Assembly: GCA_963807605.1 (NCBI GenBank)
Contig: CAWECG010000003.1
Coordinates: 416,001-480,000 of the forward strand
Reading direction: 5' to 3'
Length of the DNA: 64,000 bases
Origin: Candidatus Bathyarchaeota archaeon
GTDB taxonomy: Archaea; Thermoproteota; Bathyarchaeia; 40CM-2-53-6; RBG-13-38-9
In this document: positions 31,310-40,548 of the stretch, piece by piece
How positions within the stretch are numbered: the stretch's first letter is position 1
Layout: each line of letters begins with the position of its first letter
Notes under the pieces: model-generated
Seen by the model: the letters and a program-made list of their open reading frames with translations, nothing else
Told to the model about the DNA's origin: nothing
The model's database searches: none
Made by a program: the position numbers and the translations under genes

Positions 31310-32586
31310 GCGGCCCCAAATTTGAGCTTTTTCAGATTGATCTCAGGGATTTTGTCAAAGAGTCTTATAGGTTTCTGGCCATGCAAGTCGATTAGTTTCA
31401 GATTTTCCAATTCTTTCAAGGCCTCAGAGAGAGCACTCTCTTTGAGCCCACAAAGAGGCATAAGATCCTTACGAACTCGTTTCCCGTCACAATTTAGAAA
31501 TAGAGATAACTTCTTGGGATTAGCCAGAACCTTGAATACCTGCGAAAGCTCCTTAGTTGACTTGATATCCAACCTCACGCTAGTCCTAGATTGGATGTCG
31601 ATCTTCTCTAGTTTCTTTTTAGCGGACTCAAAGATCTCGTGCAGGTTATAAGTTATTGCCTCCTGTAGTTTAACTGTAGAAGCAGGAGAAGTAAGTGCTT
31701 TCTTGATATGTTGCGTCTCTGATTGTTTCTCTAACTTCTTCACTGTTTTTAATTCACCATTTCTTACGACATACCATCTGTCTAGAAAAAGTGGGAGAAA
31801 GAAATCGTGCAAGTTGTTAATCCTATTTATTGAGTCTTCACTTGTGCTCTTTAGGAACTTGAGAACGTATTTGGCAATGTCATCTTGTCGATTATCAATA
31901 TCACTATATTTATAGTCATTTCCCTCTTCAAGGCGAAAATTCGGAAGTGCCGGCATTGACACAACAACTGGATCAACTCCTTTTGTGATATCCATATAGG
32001 ATTGGCATTTACTCTCTCCACATAGAATGAGTTTTGCTGGGCAAGATGCTAATCGTAGATCATTTAGCTTCCTCGCAAAAGCAATGTCCAGAGTATCTGA
32101 TATCAGATGGTCCACTCGTTCCCTCCTTTCAGCATACGTTTCAGGGATCTTTATTGATGTGATTGAGAACCAATGACTAAGATTGCCCTCTTCCCTCCTA
32201 AATCTCTCTATTAGCTCTGAGAACCTACAAAGTTCAACTTTGTGAAGATCAGCATCTAGGGCTTGAAGCAAGTTTCTAAATTTCCCTTCGCAGGCCTCGA
32301 CCGTCTCTTCATGTGAGCGTGTTATCTTGTCCTGAAATACAACGTGATGGTACATTGTAGCGTCTTGTATGTTGATTACAACAGAGATCCCTAGGCGCGA
32401 CATATTGGAGAGTATCTTAGCCACCGTCAGATGATGGTAAGTCAAAGTAATTGGCATCAAAGAGCAATAGGTTACTATGTCCTCGCCTGAACGTATTGTG
32501 TTGGATATTTGCTCTGAAAGATCCTTTTTATTGACGTTCAGGGAAAGATTATCGAATAGCTTCTCTATTTCACTAGCGCTGGTCAT
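31306..32586 (-). CDS. Degenerate TyrRS/TrpRS-like Rossmann domain + C-terminal ArsR-type wHTH
   Basis: TYCSLMP..LTYHH, VVINIQD, LILCGES, VVVSMPALP follow class Ic motif order; FKVLANPKK..ALSEALKEL HTH. Confidence 0.55.
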   Translation of the reverse strand: MTSASEIEKLFDNLSLNVNKKDLSEQISNTIRSGEDIVTYCSLMPITLTYHHLTVAKILSNMSRLGISVVINIQDATMYHHVVFQDKITRSHEETVEACEGKFRNLLQALDADLHKVELCRFSELIERFRREEGNLSHWFSITSIKIPETYAERRERVDHLISDTLDIAFARKLNDLRLASCPAKLILCGESKCQSYMDITKGVDPVVVSMPALPNFRLEEGNDYKYSDIDNRQDDIAKYVLKFLKSTSEDSINRINNLHDFFLPLFLDRWYVVRNGELKTVKKLEKQSETQHIKKALTSPASTVKLQEAITYNLHEIFESAKKKLEKIDIQSRTSVRLDIKSTKELSQVFKVLANPKKLSLFLNCDGKRVRKDLMPLCGLKESALSEALKELENLKLIDLHGQKPIRLFDKIPEINLKKLKFGAA

Positions 32587-32820
32587 ATTGTCTTTCCACT
32601 CTTACTATTGACGATAAGCTGGGAGTTATTGAAGTTCTCGCCTGGAATACCAAATCTGTGGAATCGAGATTCGCGATTTCGCGAAGTCAGTTTTTGACAT
32701 GTATCTTGGGGCCATTATATAGCTGGACACCATCCTGCGTCCAAGGAGTAAGACACTAAGGAGGGCGTGATGAAAAACCGCTCCTGTGTGTCTTCATAAT
32801 AAACCTAGGCTGGGACGCAA

Positions 32821-33456
32821 TTGAGAAAAATGGAACGTATACTATCAATTGTGGGGATTTCCATAATTCTGATAGGAACACTTGTTCTTGCAAGTTTCCT
32901 TGGATTTGAGAGTACAGTGGAGCAGGTATTCGACGATGTTCTATTTGATGAGGTTCACAGAGAACTGGCTCAGTTTGCATTTACGTTAACGTCAAAAGGA
33001 GCGTTCACAACTAATTATCCGATCCATGTCAGAGTTCGAGTTCTCATAATCGAGAAACAGGTTATGGAAATGCTACCTATCCAGGTGGTGTTTCCTAATG
33101 CCTGTGAGTACCCTCGTAGAGTCGTGACCCCCTTAGAAATACCAGCCGTAGCTCGAGTATCTATTAGCAACATCTCTCCATATTGTGGAGAGGCATATAT
33201 GGAGTTTACCTACTCGGGAACCTTTGGCTACATGATCTTCTTAAAAGATAACCCACTATGCGAGACTGTTCGCCAGAAGATAATCACGGTGTCCCCTTAT
33301 GAAGTGCGACTGCAAATTGACAATGTTAGAAGACAGCTAGGGATAGGTATAGTTGCTCTCGGCATAGCGATCACGAAAACGAAGATCATAGTACATTACC
33401 ACAGTCATAAGGTAGTCTATATCACGCGCCAAGAGGAATTTTGTACGAGGCTCTGA
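32821..33456 (+). CDS. Membrane protein
   Basis: N- and C-terminal TM segments. Confidence 0.6.
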   Translation: MRKMERILSIVGISIILIGTLVLASFLGFESTVEQVFDDVLFDEVHRELAQFAFTLTSKGAFTTNYPIHVRVRVLIIEKQVMEMLPIQVVFPNACEYPRRVVTPLEIPAVARVSISNISPYCGEAYMEFTYSGTFGYMIFLKDNPLCETVRQKIITVSPYEVRLQIDNVRRQLGIGIVALGIAITKTKIIVHYHSHKVVYITRQEEFCTRL

Positions 33457-33479
33457 GAACCAAGAATCTTAACCTAAAG

Positions 33480-33712
33480 GCATACTCAACACGATTTCCA
33501 ACAGACAATACTCATTTGAAGCAGAGGCAATAGCTTACACAATATCCAAACACTTTGGCATAAATTTAAATTCGGATACCTACCTGGCCATATGGCAAAA
33601 AGAACCAAAGAAAATCATTGAGAGTTTTGAGCGGATGCATGGTGTGGTAAACAAGATCATAACAGAAGTGGAGCAGACAGAAACACGGCAGATACTCACC
33701 GTCACCCGCTAA
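33480..33712 (+). pseudogene. C-terminal remnant of an ArdC-associated metallopeptidase-like protein
   Basis: Manual translation EAEAIAYTISKHFGI..SDTYLAIW. Confidence 0.55.
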
Positions 33713-34106
33713 GAGATCAAAAAGATATGACTATAACGGCATATGGAACAGAAGAAGACGCAACAAAAGAGACAGAAAAGATAAAGAAACTATACCCCAA
33801 AGCCAAACTCCTCGCCCCATCCCAATACGTGTGGATACGCATGATTGCCAAGCATTTGGAATAAGATCCTTTGAAGGTGAGGAGTTGGAGCAGGGCGAGA
33901 TCCGCTACATACTAGCAGCCTCAACAGAAGAAGCAACAAACTGGAATCTCAAGAGTAAATTATTATAAGGAATGAAACGCATTTTTTTTATGCTGATTTT
34001 TTTCAAATTTCTATATATCTACCTATTTATCTAACATATCATCTTACAATTTCCTGCAGTAGTAGGACATTCAAACACCCTATACACACCCCACATATGT
34101 AGTACC

Positions 34107-34161
34107 TTACATTCACAGAAACGGTGGGGGTGGGTATGGCGGTTCTGGTAGCTAGGTGCTG
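34107..34161 (+). repeat. Direct repeat copy 2
   Basis: Matches 25504-25563. Confidence 0.8.
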
Positions 34162-34559
34162 TCCTAATTGGTGACTTGCATCGTCAGTTGTGTATCATGG
34201 TGTCTCTCAAATCTCCCGTTCTTGCCCAGTTCCTTCGCTATTCATTTAATCTCTTCAACGATTTCTTTCTTAGTTGTCGTTCCCTCGCCTCCTAAACAAG
34301 GACTAGCACAAGAGCTCAGTAAATGATTCTCGGACGATTCCACTAATCTTGCTTCATTATGAACGCACACTTTGCCTTAGCCGTTGAGCATAGCAGAGAC
34401 TCTCGAATTCTTCGTCGGTCAGTTGATCCCATTCTAGCACACTTGATCCGACCTATCGTGACCGTCGTGGTACCTTGAATGTACTTCCTAGTACGCGCAC
34501 TATGGAATAAATAGCTATATTACCAAAATGAGTAAGGAGTCCTTACATAAGGGATAGTC

Positions 34560-35072
34560 GTGTCGTCACTTCGTGTTATGATATTCATAGACGGTTCAAA
34601 TCTATTCAAAGCATCAGAACGATATAGAACGGGGTATCGCCCTGACCTGGCGAAACTCCAAGATAAGTTGGTCAAGGGTCGAACGTTGATGAGAACCTAT
34701 TACTACTGCTCAATAGCTAATCCACCAAGAATTGAGCAGATCAAGTTTCAAGATAAATTGAAAAATCTACACATCCAAGTGGTTTCTAAGTCTCTCAAAA
34801 ATCGTCCTACTGGTGAAAAGGTTGAAAAGGGGGTCGATGTTGCACTTGTGACTGACATGCTTAGCCTTGCGTTTCGTAATGCGTATGATGTAGCCATTTT
34901 GGTCAGCGGCGATAGCGACTTCCTTCAAACGGTGAATGAAGTCAAACGAGCTGGCAAAAGAGTTGAAATAGCTTCATTCAGGTTCACTATAGGCAAGGAG
35001 TTACAAACGGAAGCTGACGATTTCATTCCAATTGAACCAATAGCCGATGAGATAGCACTTGAGCGAGGCTAA
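34560..35072 (+). CDS. NYN-domain (LabA/DUF88) RNase
   Basis: IFIDGSN, EKGVDVAL, LVSGDSDF, GKRVE. Confidence 0.92.
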   Translation: MSSLRVMIFIDGSNLFKASERYRTGYRPDLAKLQDKLVKGRTLMRTYYYCSIANPPRIEQIKFQDKLKNLHIQVVSKSLKNRPTGEKVEKGVDVALVTDMLSLAFRNAYDVAILVSGDSDFLQTVNEVKRAGKRVEIASFRFTIGKELQTEADDFIPIEPIADEIALERG

Positions 35073-35149
35073 GTTTGATGGTGGCTACACACGCGTAAAA
35101 CGCAAATTATAATAATACGTAAGATAAGGTAATGTGTACATCACAACCT

Positions 35150-35301
35150 AGCAGTAGGTGGGGATTACCCCTAGTGACGGGAAACCGTCAACCAACTGCT
35201 TAATTTGACTTATGTGGTGGGGTATTAGTACTCTCCCCAAGGATTGAAAGCGGTTCTTGGGGGAGGGGTGTACGGGCAACCTGCACCTTACACCCACCGC
35301 A
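35150..35301 (+). ncRNA. Candidate structured ncRNA (two tandem three-way junctions)
   Basis: Nested helices with GAAA/GCAA loops and G-U pairs on the + strand; TTATAAT upstream at 35107. Confidence 0.6.
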
Positions 35302-35329
35302 CTTGTTCTAAGACCTAAACATGAGCACT

Positions 35330-35521
35330 TCACAGGCTTTCAATTTTGAAAATGTAGTCTTCTTTGTTGCATGTATAGGTCTTGCCGCATCGGGGACACT
35401 TTTCTTGAATGTTTTGTAACGTTGCGGTTTTGAAGGAAGCGTAGTCCATCTGCATTATTGAAGGATGCATAAATCGGCATTCTGATACCTTGCATATTGC
35501 CAGTAAAGGCATAACGAGCAT
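35330..35521 (-). CDS. Small Zn-ribbon protein
   Basis: CKVSEC..CPRCG. Confidence 0.55.
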   Translation of the reverse strand: MLVMPLLAICKVSECRFMHPSIMQMDYASFKTATLQNIQEKCPRCGKTYTCNKEDYIFKIESL

Positions 35522-35810
35522 CGCTAGTACTGCTTTGTACTACTTCTACCTGCAGTATCGTCATGATGTTTTGCATAACCTCTATTTCATGTTAAAGTTA
35601 CTTTAGTCTTCAATGTATTGTGACACTCTCCTAAGCGTAACACAGCCAATGAACGTCTAGCAAGCGAGATCTACAAGGGATCCTGACCGTTATAATTTCC
35701 AGTATATCGAGCTCCAGTTATCCCAACCTTTCAGTTTCAATAATCCTATTATTAATCTTGCATATCTCAATGCAAGCAATGTTTCCAAAAAAGGAGCTTT
35801 TCTGTCTTTC

Positions 35811-35999
35811 TTATCCTAGAGTCACGACCTTACCGCAGTTACTACATTTCAATAAGAGGATCTCATACTGGACTCCACTAGCGGGGATTCTGGTTTGGTC
35901 AGCGGTATATAGTGGTAGCATCATGGCGTCTTTTGTCTCTTCTTTCTTAGCACAATCAGGGCAGGGAGGATAATGCTCGAAACTCAGACTGATTGACAT
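35811..35999 (-). CDS. Small Zn-ribbon protein
   Basis: CPDC..CSNCG. Confidence 0.55.
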   Translation of the reverse strand: MSISLSFEHYPPCPDCAKKEETKDAMMLPLYTADQTRIPASGVQYEILLLKCSNCGKVVTLG

Positions 36000-36179
36000 A
36001 GCAACTCACTAGTCTATTTTCCATTATCCCTAGAAAACTATGGGTCAACGTTATTTGGTGGTGGATAATGGGTGAGCGCATCTTAATTTGGACACATTCA
36101 TAACCTTAGACCCTAGATATCCTAGCATTCAAAACCTTAGAACCTAACCAAATTGGCTGTCTGAGTGTAAATTGGTGCG

Positions 36180-36200
36180 CGAATCCCACTCCCCGCACCA
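36180..36200 (+). other. tRNA 3'-end fragment (tRNA-Leu-like), probable relic att site
   Basis: CGAATCCCACTCCCCGCACCA = T-loop, T-stem, acceptor strand and CCA. Confidence 0.55.
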
Positions 36201-36327
36201 ATACGCGCCTGCGTGTTGACGCAAGCCCGCGCGTATGTCGGCAAGATTGGCTCGGGATTTCACGGCAGTCATACAAAGAAATCGTGGCGACGCCGCTGAA
36301 GCTGCACGACAATTATACAATTAAGAT

Positions 36328-36600
36328 TCAAGTACGTGTCAAAGAGGAAGTTCCGTGAGCGATTCTTGGAGAAGGCTCATGCAATCTATCTTTTACTTTA
36401 CTATCGAGTTCTAAAGTGGCCTTCTCGTGATGGGTCGTGACAGGAATTTTGATTGTGTTGTCGGGTTCGGTCTGGATATGTCTGATACTTCGAAGGGCAC
36501 TTGTGAAATGTGCTTTTCTACAGACATCGCAGTATCTTAAGCCTCTGCTCGTCTTTCTTCCGCAATCAACACATTTCTCAGATACGTCCAGCATCAACAA
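36328..36600 (-). CDS. Small Zn-finger protein
   Basis: CVDCG..CDVC. Confidence 0.45.
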   Translation of the reverse strand: MLMLDVSEKCVDCGRKTSRGLRYCDVCRKAHFTSALRSIRHIQTEPDNTIKIPVTTHHEKATLELDSKVKDRLHEPSPRIAHGTSSLTRT

Positions 36601-36887
36601 CTCACCAACGATTTACGATACGGGAAGCAGAATAACCGCTGAGAGCAAAACTATCCCACAAAACCGTTATCCCTTCAAAACATTATGTCATGAAGTTAGT
36701 TAAGAGCCATCATATAAAACCATTGTCACCTAGGCGTCTCGAACTCGGTTACACTAGACTCCTCCGGTCGTCCTCTTGACCGCAAAATTAACTAACCGTC
36801 TGGTTTTCATGCTCGCATTTCGATTTGCAGATTTACAGACTAATGAAAATCGATCTCTCTTGGTAAGACCTTGATCTAAACCTTCTT

Positions 36888-37093
36888 GACTATGGATATC
36901 ATAGTAAGTCAGCAGAAAGATGGAGCAACGGTAACAGTCGATTCAAAGCCCAAAGTCTGGTATAATCTTTCTGGATCGGAACGGGCTAAAAGAAACGCAG
37001 AGGCTCTACTTGACGAATTAGATAAACAAGTATGATGAAGGCCCATCCCACAATCCCCCTCTACAGAATGCTATCGTCGGTTCTGTCAAGTCT
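36888..37093 (+). repeat. ~206-bp direct duplication, copy 2
   Basis: Near-identical to 26455-26661. Confidence 0.95.
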
Positions 37094-37188
37094 ACGTCGG
37101 TTGACAGATGCTGTAAAAATACGTCGGGTGGCGATGGGTGTTGCACCCGAAAGGGCTCTGTTAAGTTGGCGGTTGCCTGTTCAGGCTG

Positions 37189-37548
37189 TTAAGTTTCGGT
37201 TGATGGCAAAGGGTTAATTTCTTCGATTGGACAAATATTTTGTCTCTTCTTGCACCAAGCTTTTCCCTCTTCCGCTAGTTTTTTCTGCACTTCAAATGAT
37301 AAACCAGCCAATACGGGTATCTCTAAACTTGGGCATGACACTTCAGGTATTAATGAACCTCTGACCTCCTTTCTCGGTTTCTCGACCCGCCTGTATTTTC
37401 CATCTGACCCTTTCCTTTGTGTTATGACAAGCTCATCTGGGTCAAAGAATTTTGTTGTTATTTCATCTACCCCAGTTATTGGGCAAATTTTCCTGATAAT
37501 TTTAGCAAATTTTTCTGTTGATTTAAGCCCATAGCGAATTTTACCCAT
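37189..37548 (-). CDS. Hypothetical protein
   Basis: 119-aa ATG ORF with a G-rich RBS-like sequence upstream. Confidence 0.55.
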   Translation of the reverse strand: MGKIRYGLKSTEKFAKIIRKICPITGVDEITTKFFDPDELVITQRKGSDGKYRRVEKPRKEVRGSLIPEVSCPSLEIPVLAGLSFEVQKKLAEEGKAWCKKRQNICPIEEINPLPSTET

Positions 37549-37947
37549 TACTCATTCCCCCCATATTCTTTGGTTCTGTTAAGTCTTCATAATGGAAGCT
37601 TTAATCCTTGAAGCTTCATCCTCTTATCTAAGTATTCTAGGTTAGGTTTGAATTTTGCATCCGTCGCAAGAGTACAAAACTTCGAATGGTTGGCTAGTTA
37701 TGATAAGGCTAGAAATAGGCAAACTTGTGCGTCTAAAAACATATACCGACACTGACGAGCCAATCTATTGGGCCAACAATCAAAGAGTTTTCCGATTGAA
37801 GAAAGCCTAGTTTGGCTCTATGTAGTCTGCGTCGGATCGATTGGGCTGTAAAAAATCGTCGGATAGAGTCACATTTCTTATGGTAGATAGTTTATGGCAG
37901 ATTCGTGAACAAAGTCGGTTGAGATGTAGACCCTTAGTTATTGGCTT

Positions 37948-38373
37948 TCAAACCTTGAGTTCGTCAGAAGTTAGCTGAGTTTTCTTTCCCCAGAGGGCTT
38001 TCCTCATTTCGGTTAATGTCTTCCAATAACTGGCAGGTGAGGGATTTGCCATAAAGGATTTCACCGCTTGAAGAACCTCATCGGGAGCGAAAAGAACCAT
38101 ACGAGAGTATTCGGCGAAGAGCGTGTTTTGAATATCCTTCTTGGTCTTGATATTATAGGTTTGAAGCACATCGACTGGTAAATGGTCAATTTGGTTGGGG
38201 TACAACAAGACCTGCATATAGATAGGCACAGATCGGAAGCGACTTACCCTCTCTTCGAACTCAGCAAGTTGGGTCTGGGTTCGACGTCTGAAAAACTCCG
38301 AGAAATATGCGCCGACTATTCCCCCTACGCCGAGTCCTGTTAGTAGTGTAAGTACCAACCCATTATCTACCAA
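37948..38373 (-). CDS. Membrane-anchored hypothetical protein
   Basis: N-terminal Gly-rich TM helix. Confidence 0.65.
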   Translation of the reverse strand: MVDNGLVLTLLTGLGVGGIVGAYFSEFFRRRTQTQLAEFEERVSRFRSVPIYMQVLLYPNQIDHLPVDVLQTYNIKTKKDIQNTLFAEYSRMVLFAPDEVLQAVKSFMANPSPASYWKTLTEMRKALWGKKTQLTSDELKV

Positions 38374-38429
38374 GAGACTCCAAATTCAATTCTTACTGAC
38401 GATATTTATGGTTAATGGCGAGAAGAAAC

Positions 38430-38580
38430 TTAAGATGCACTCACCAGCTATGTCACACACAGACAAAAAAATCAATACCTAACGGTTAAAATTCAGATGC
38501 TCTCACCAAGGGACACAGAAAAATAGCTCGCTCTAACGGTTCAAATCCATGTGATCTCACCAGCTAAGGCGCACATACTT
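38430..38580 (+). repeat. Three tandem CTC-ACC sites (cores 38440, 38502 variant, 38556)
   Basis: Units of 62 and 54 bp, each with AACGGTT(C/A)AA before the next core. Confidence 0.85.
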
Positions 38581-38593
38581 TTTTTTAAGGAAG

Positions 38594-39302
38594 TTGCTTG
38601 TCCCTATTCTAGGGAAGTCTGCAATGGAACTTGATTTGGATTCATGGGAACAACGAGTCGCGAATCCAAAGGCGTTGGGTGATGCAGGGAAGACTCTGTG
38701 GAAGAAAATACAACCTGTTCTCAACGACGTTTTGGATGAGATAAAAAAGAACGGGAGAATTAACAATTTACGTAAAAGCTGAGATGGACAGACTCAGTGG
38801 CCCAATCAAAATGCTTGAAGAAATAACCGCAACTTACAACACGGTAATCCATATCTTTGAGAGACCGCAGGAAGAGCGGTTGCGATTCTTCCAGGCAATC
38901 CAACCATTCGGTTTCGAAGAAGCTAGTGTGACCCGCATGCATCTAACGTTGGCGGTAGCGATCACTGTTCTTTCAACAGAACTCTTCAAGCTAGTTCTGC
39001 TATTTCATATGAAAGATGTAAGCCCTGATGTCTCAAAATTCAATATCACAATGCAAAGTTCTGCTCCCAAAACTTGGCCGCTGCTCAAGCTTTTCGTTGA
39101 CAATGATTTTCGCAACGCCTTAGCGCACGGTACGTACGCTATTGTCAACAAGAAGATTGTCCTCTACAGGGATACAACGCTGATTCCATTTGAGGAAATG
39201 GAGCTTCACGAGTTCATGATGAGGAGCAAAGATCAGAATGTGCTGTTTCACTGCCTCTTCAATGTCTTAGCGGCTAAGAAAAGATTGGGCTTCTTCACTT
39301 GA
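38594..39302 (+). pseudogene. HEPN-like protein split into two ORFs (38594-38782, 38784-39302)
   Basis: FRNALAHG (RxxxxH); adjacent ORFs suggest a frameshift. Confidence 0.55.
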
Positions 39303-39375
39303 TCAGTTCGATTAACTAGACTTAGATCCGAAGTATGTGACTTCTGCGAGCGTAGCGAGCCATTAGATTATGATT

Positions 39376-39460
39376 TGTGTGTGTGCCATAGCTGGTGAGC
39401 ACACACAATTAACCTGCTCCAACGGTTCAAATTACGATGCTCTCACCAGCTAAGTTGACA
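39376..39460. repeat. Inverted pair of sites (reverse core 39389-39399, forward core 39442-39452)
   Basis: GTGTGTGCCA-TAGCTGGT-GAGCACACAC ... GATGCTCTC-ACCAGCTA. Confidence 0.9.
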
Positions 39461-39519
39461 AAAGTTAAAAGACTCGAGCAGTAGATCATTAGTCTTAGAT
39501 GAGTTTGTGAGGTGATAAG

Positions 39520-39891
39520 ATGCCAAAAATGGAAGTAAAGAGTCTGAATTCTCCGGATGAAGTGAGAACTTTCGAGAAGGGGAAGCTGGAACTTGTAAGT
39601 ATTGGAGGAGCAACGGTTGTGCGTTATACACTGGAACCTGGGTGGCGATGGTCTAAACACGTCAAGCCAGTAGCGAAGACCGAGAGTTGTGAGGCTCCAC
39701 ATTTTGAATATCACGTCTCAGGAATTATGCATGTTGTGATGGATGATGGTACAGAAAGAGACGTGAAAGCTGGTGAAGTCTCCTCAATTCCGCCAGGACA
39801 CGATGGTTGGGTTGTTGGAAACGAACCTGCGGTCGTAGTTGATTTCCAAGGATTGGTCGATTACGCCAAGCAGCCACCAAGAAATAAGTAG
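39520..39891 (+). CDS. Cupin-domain protein
   Basis: LEPGWRWSKH..CEAPH..IPPGHDGWVVG. Confidence 0.9.
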   Translation: MPKMEVKSLNSPDEVRTFEKGKLELVSIGGATVVRYTLEPGWRWSKHVKPVAKTESCEAPHFEYHVSGIMHVVMDDGTERDVKAGEVSSIPPGHDGWVVGNEPAVVVDFQGLVDYAKQPPRNK

Positions 39892-39920
39892 CATTCCAAA
39901 ACCATTTTTTTGTGTCCCTT

Positions 39921-39951
39921 TGTGTGTGTGCCCTAGCTGGTGAGCACACAA
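39921..39951 (-). repeat. Reverse-oriented site (core 39934-39944)
   Basis: TGTGTGCCC-TAGCTGGT-GAGCACACA. Confidence 0.9.
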
Positions 39952-39958
39952 TGGATTC

Positions 39959-40528
39959 CTAGACGTTATCGCGGTAATTCCATACCTTCCGAAGAGTTTC
40001 CATATATTCTCGGTCTGCGTTTGGATAGAACTCTTCAAGCCTTTTCCATTTCTCGCGCATTTGGGTGACGTCAAGCATCCAGTAGGCGTCCTTCATGCTG
40101 ATTTCTGATGTACTTACGATGAGTCTCACGAGATACTCCTTGAACGATCCCTTCGCGCTCAAATAGCGTTCACTTGTGCCGAATATCAGATCAGCTATTT
40201 CATTTATGGAATTACTTGCTTCAAATGCGAACCATAACAGGGTTAATCCTTTGGGGTCAAATTGCGAGTAGTTCAACTGTCCCCATTCCTGATAGTATCT
40301 GCTGACAATTTCAGGATGAATCTTCTCCTGAATCACGACATCAATTAGTGACTTGCCACTCTTGAAGAGTCTAAACAGCCTTGATGCTAGCTCGCCGTTT
40401 AACTCAGAGCTGACTGTCCTTACTTCATCCTCGCTATTGGTGCTGAGGGATTGCGGCTTGAGTGTCCTGTGTATTGTTGTGATGGAAGAATTTGTTACCT
40501 TTGCTATGACTCTATAGCTCATCTTCAA
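39959..40528 (-). CDS. HTH-containing hypothetical protein (possibly 5'-truncated)
   Basis: MSYRVIAKVTNSSITTIHRTL HTH. Confidence 0.55.
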   Translation of the reverse strand: MKMSYRVIAKVTNSSITTIHRTLKPQSLSTNSEDEVRTVSSELNGELASRLFRLFKSGKSLIDVVIQEKIHPEIVSRYYQEWGQLNYSQFDPKGLTLLWFAFEASNSINEIADLIFGTSERYLSAKGSFKEYLVRLIVSTSEISMKDAYWMLDVTQMREKWKRLEEFYPNADREYMETLRKVWNYRDNV

Positions 40529-40548
40529 TGCTCTAAGCCGTTTGATCC

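Noticed and set aside
35150-35301. Hammerhead ribozyme or simple terminator
   Set aside because: No CUGANGA core; multi-branch structure without a U-tract.
38430-38580. Possible mini CRISPR array
   Set aside because: The repeat core is only ~11 bp, spacers resemble each other, and there is no cas operon; the cas1 fragment looks casposon-type.
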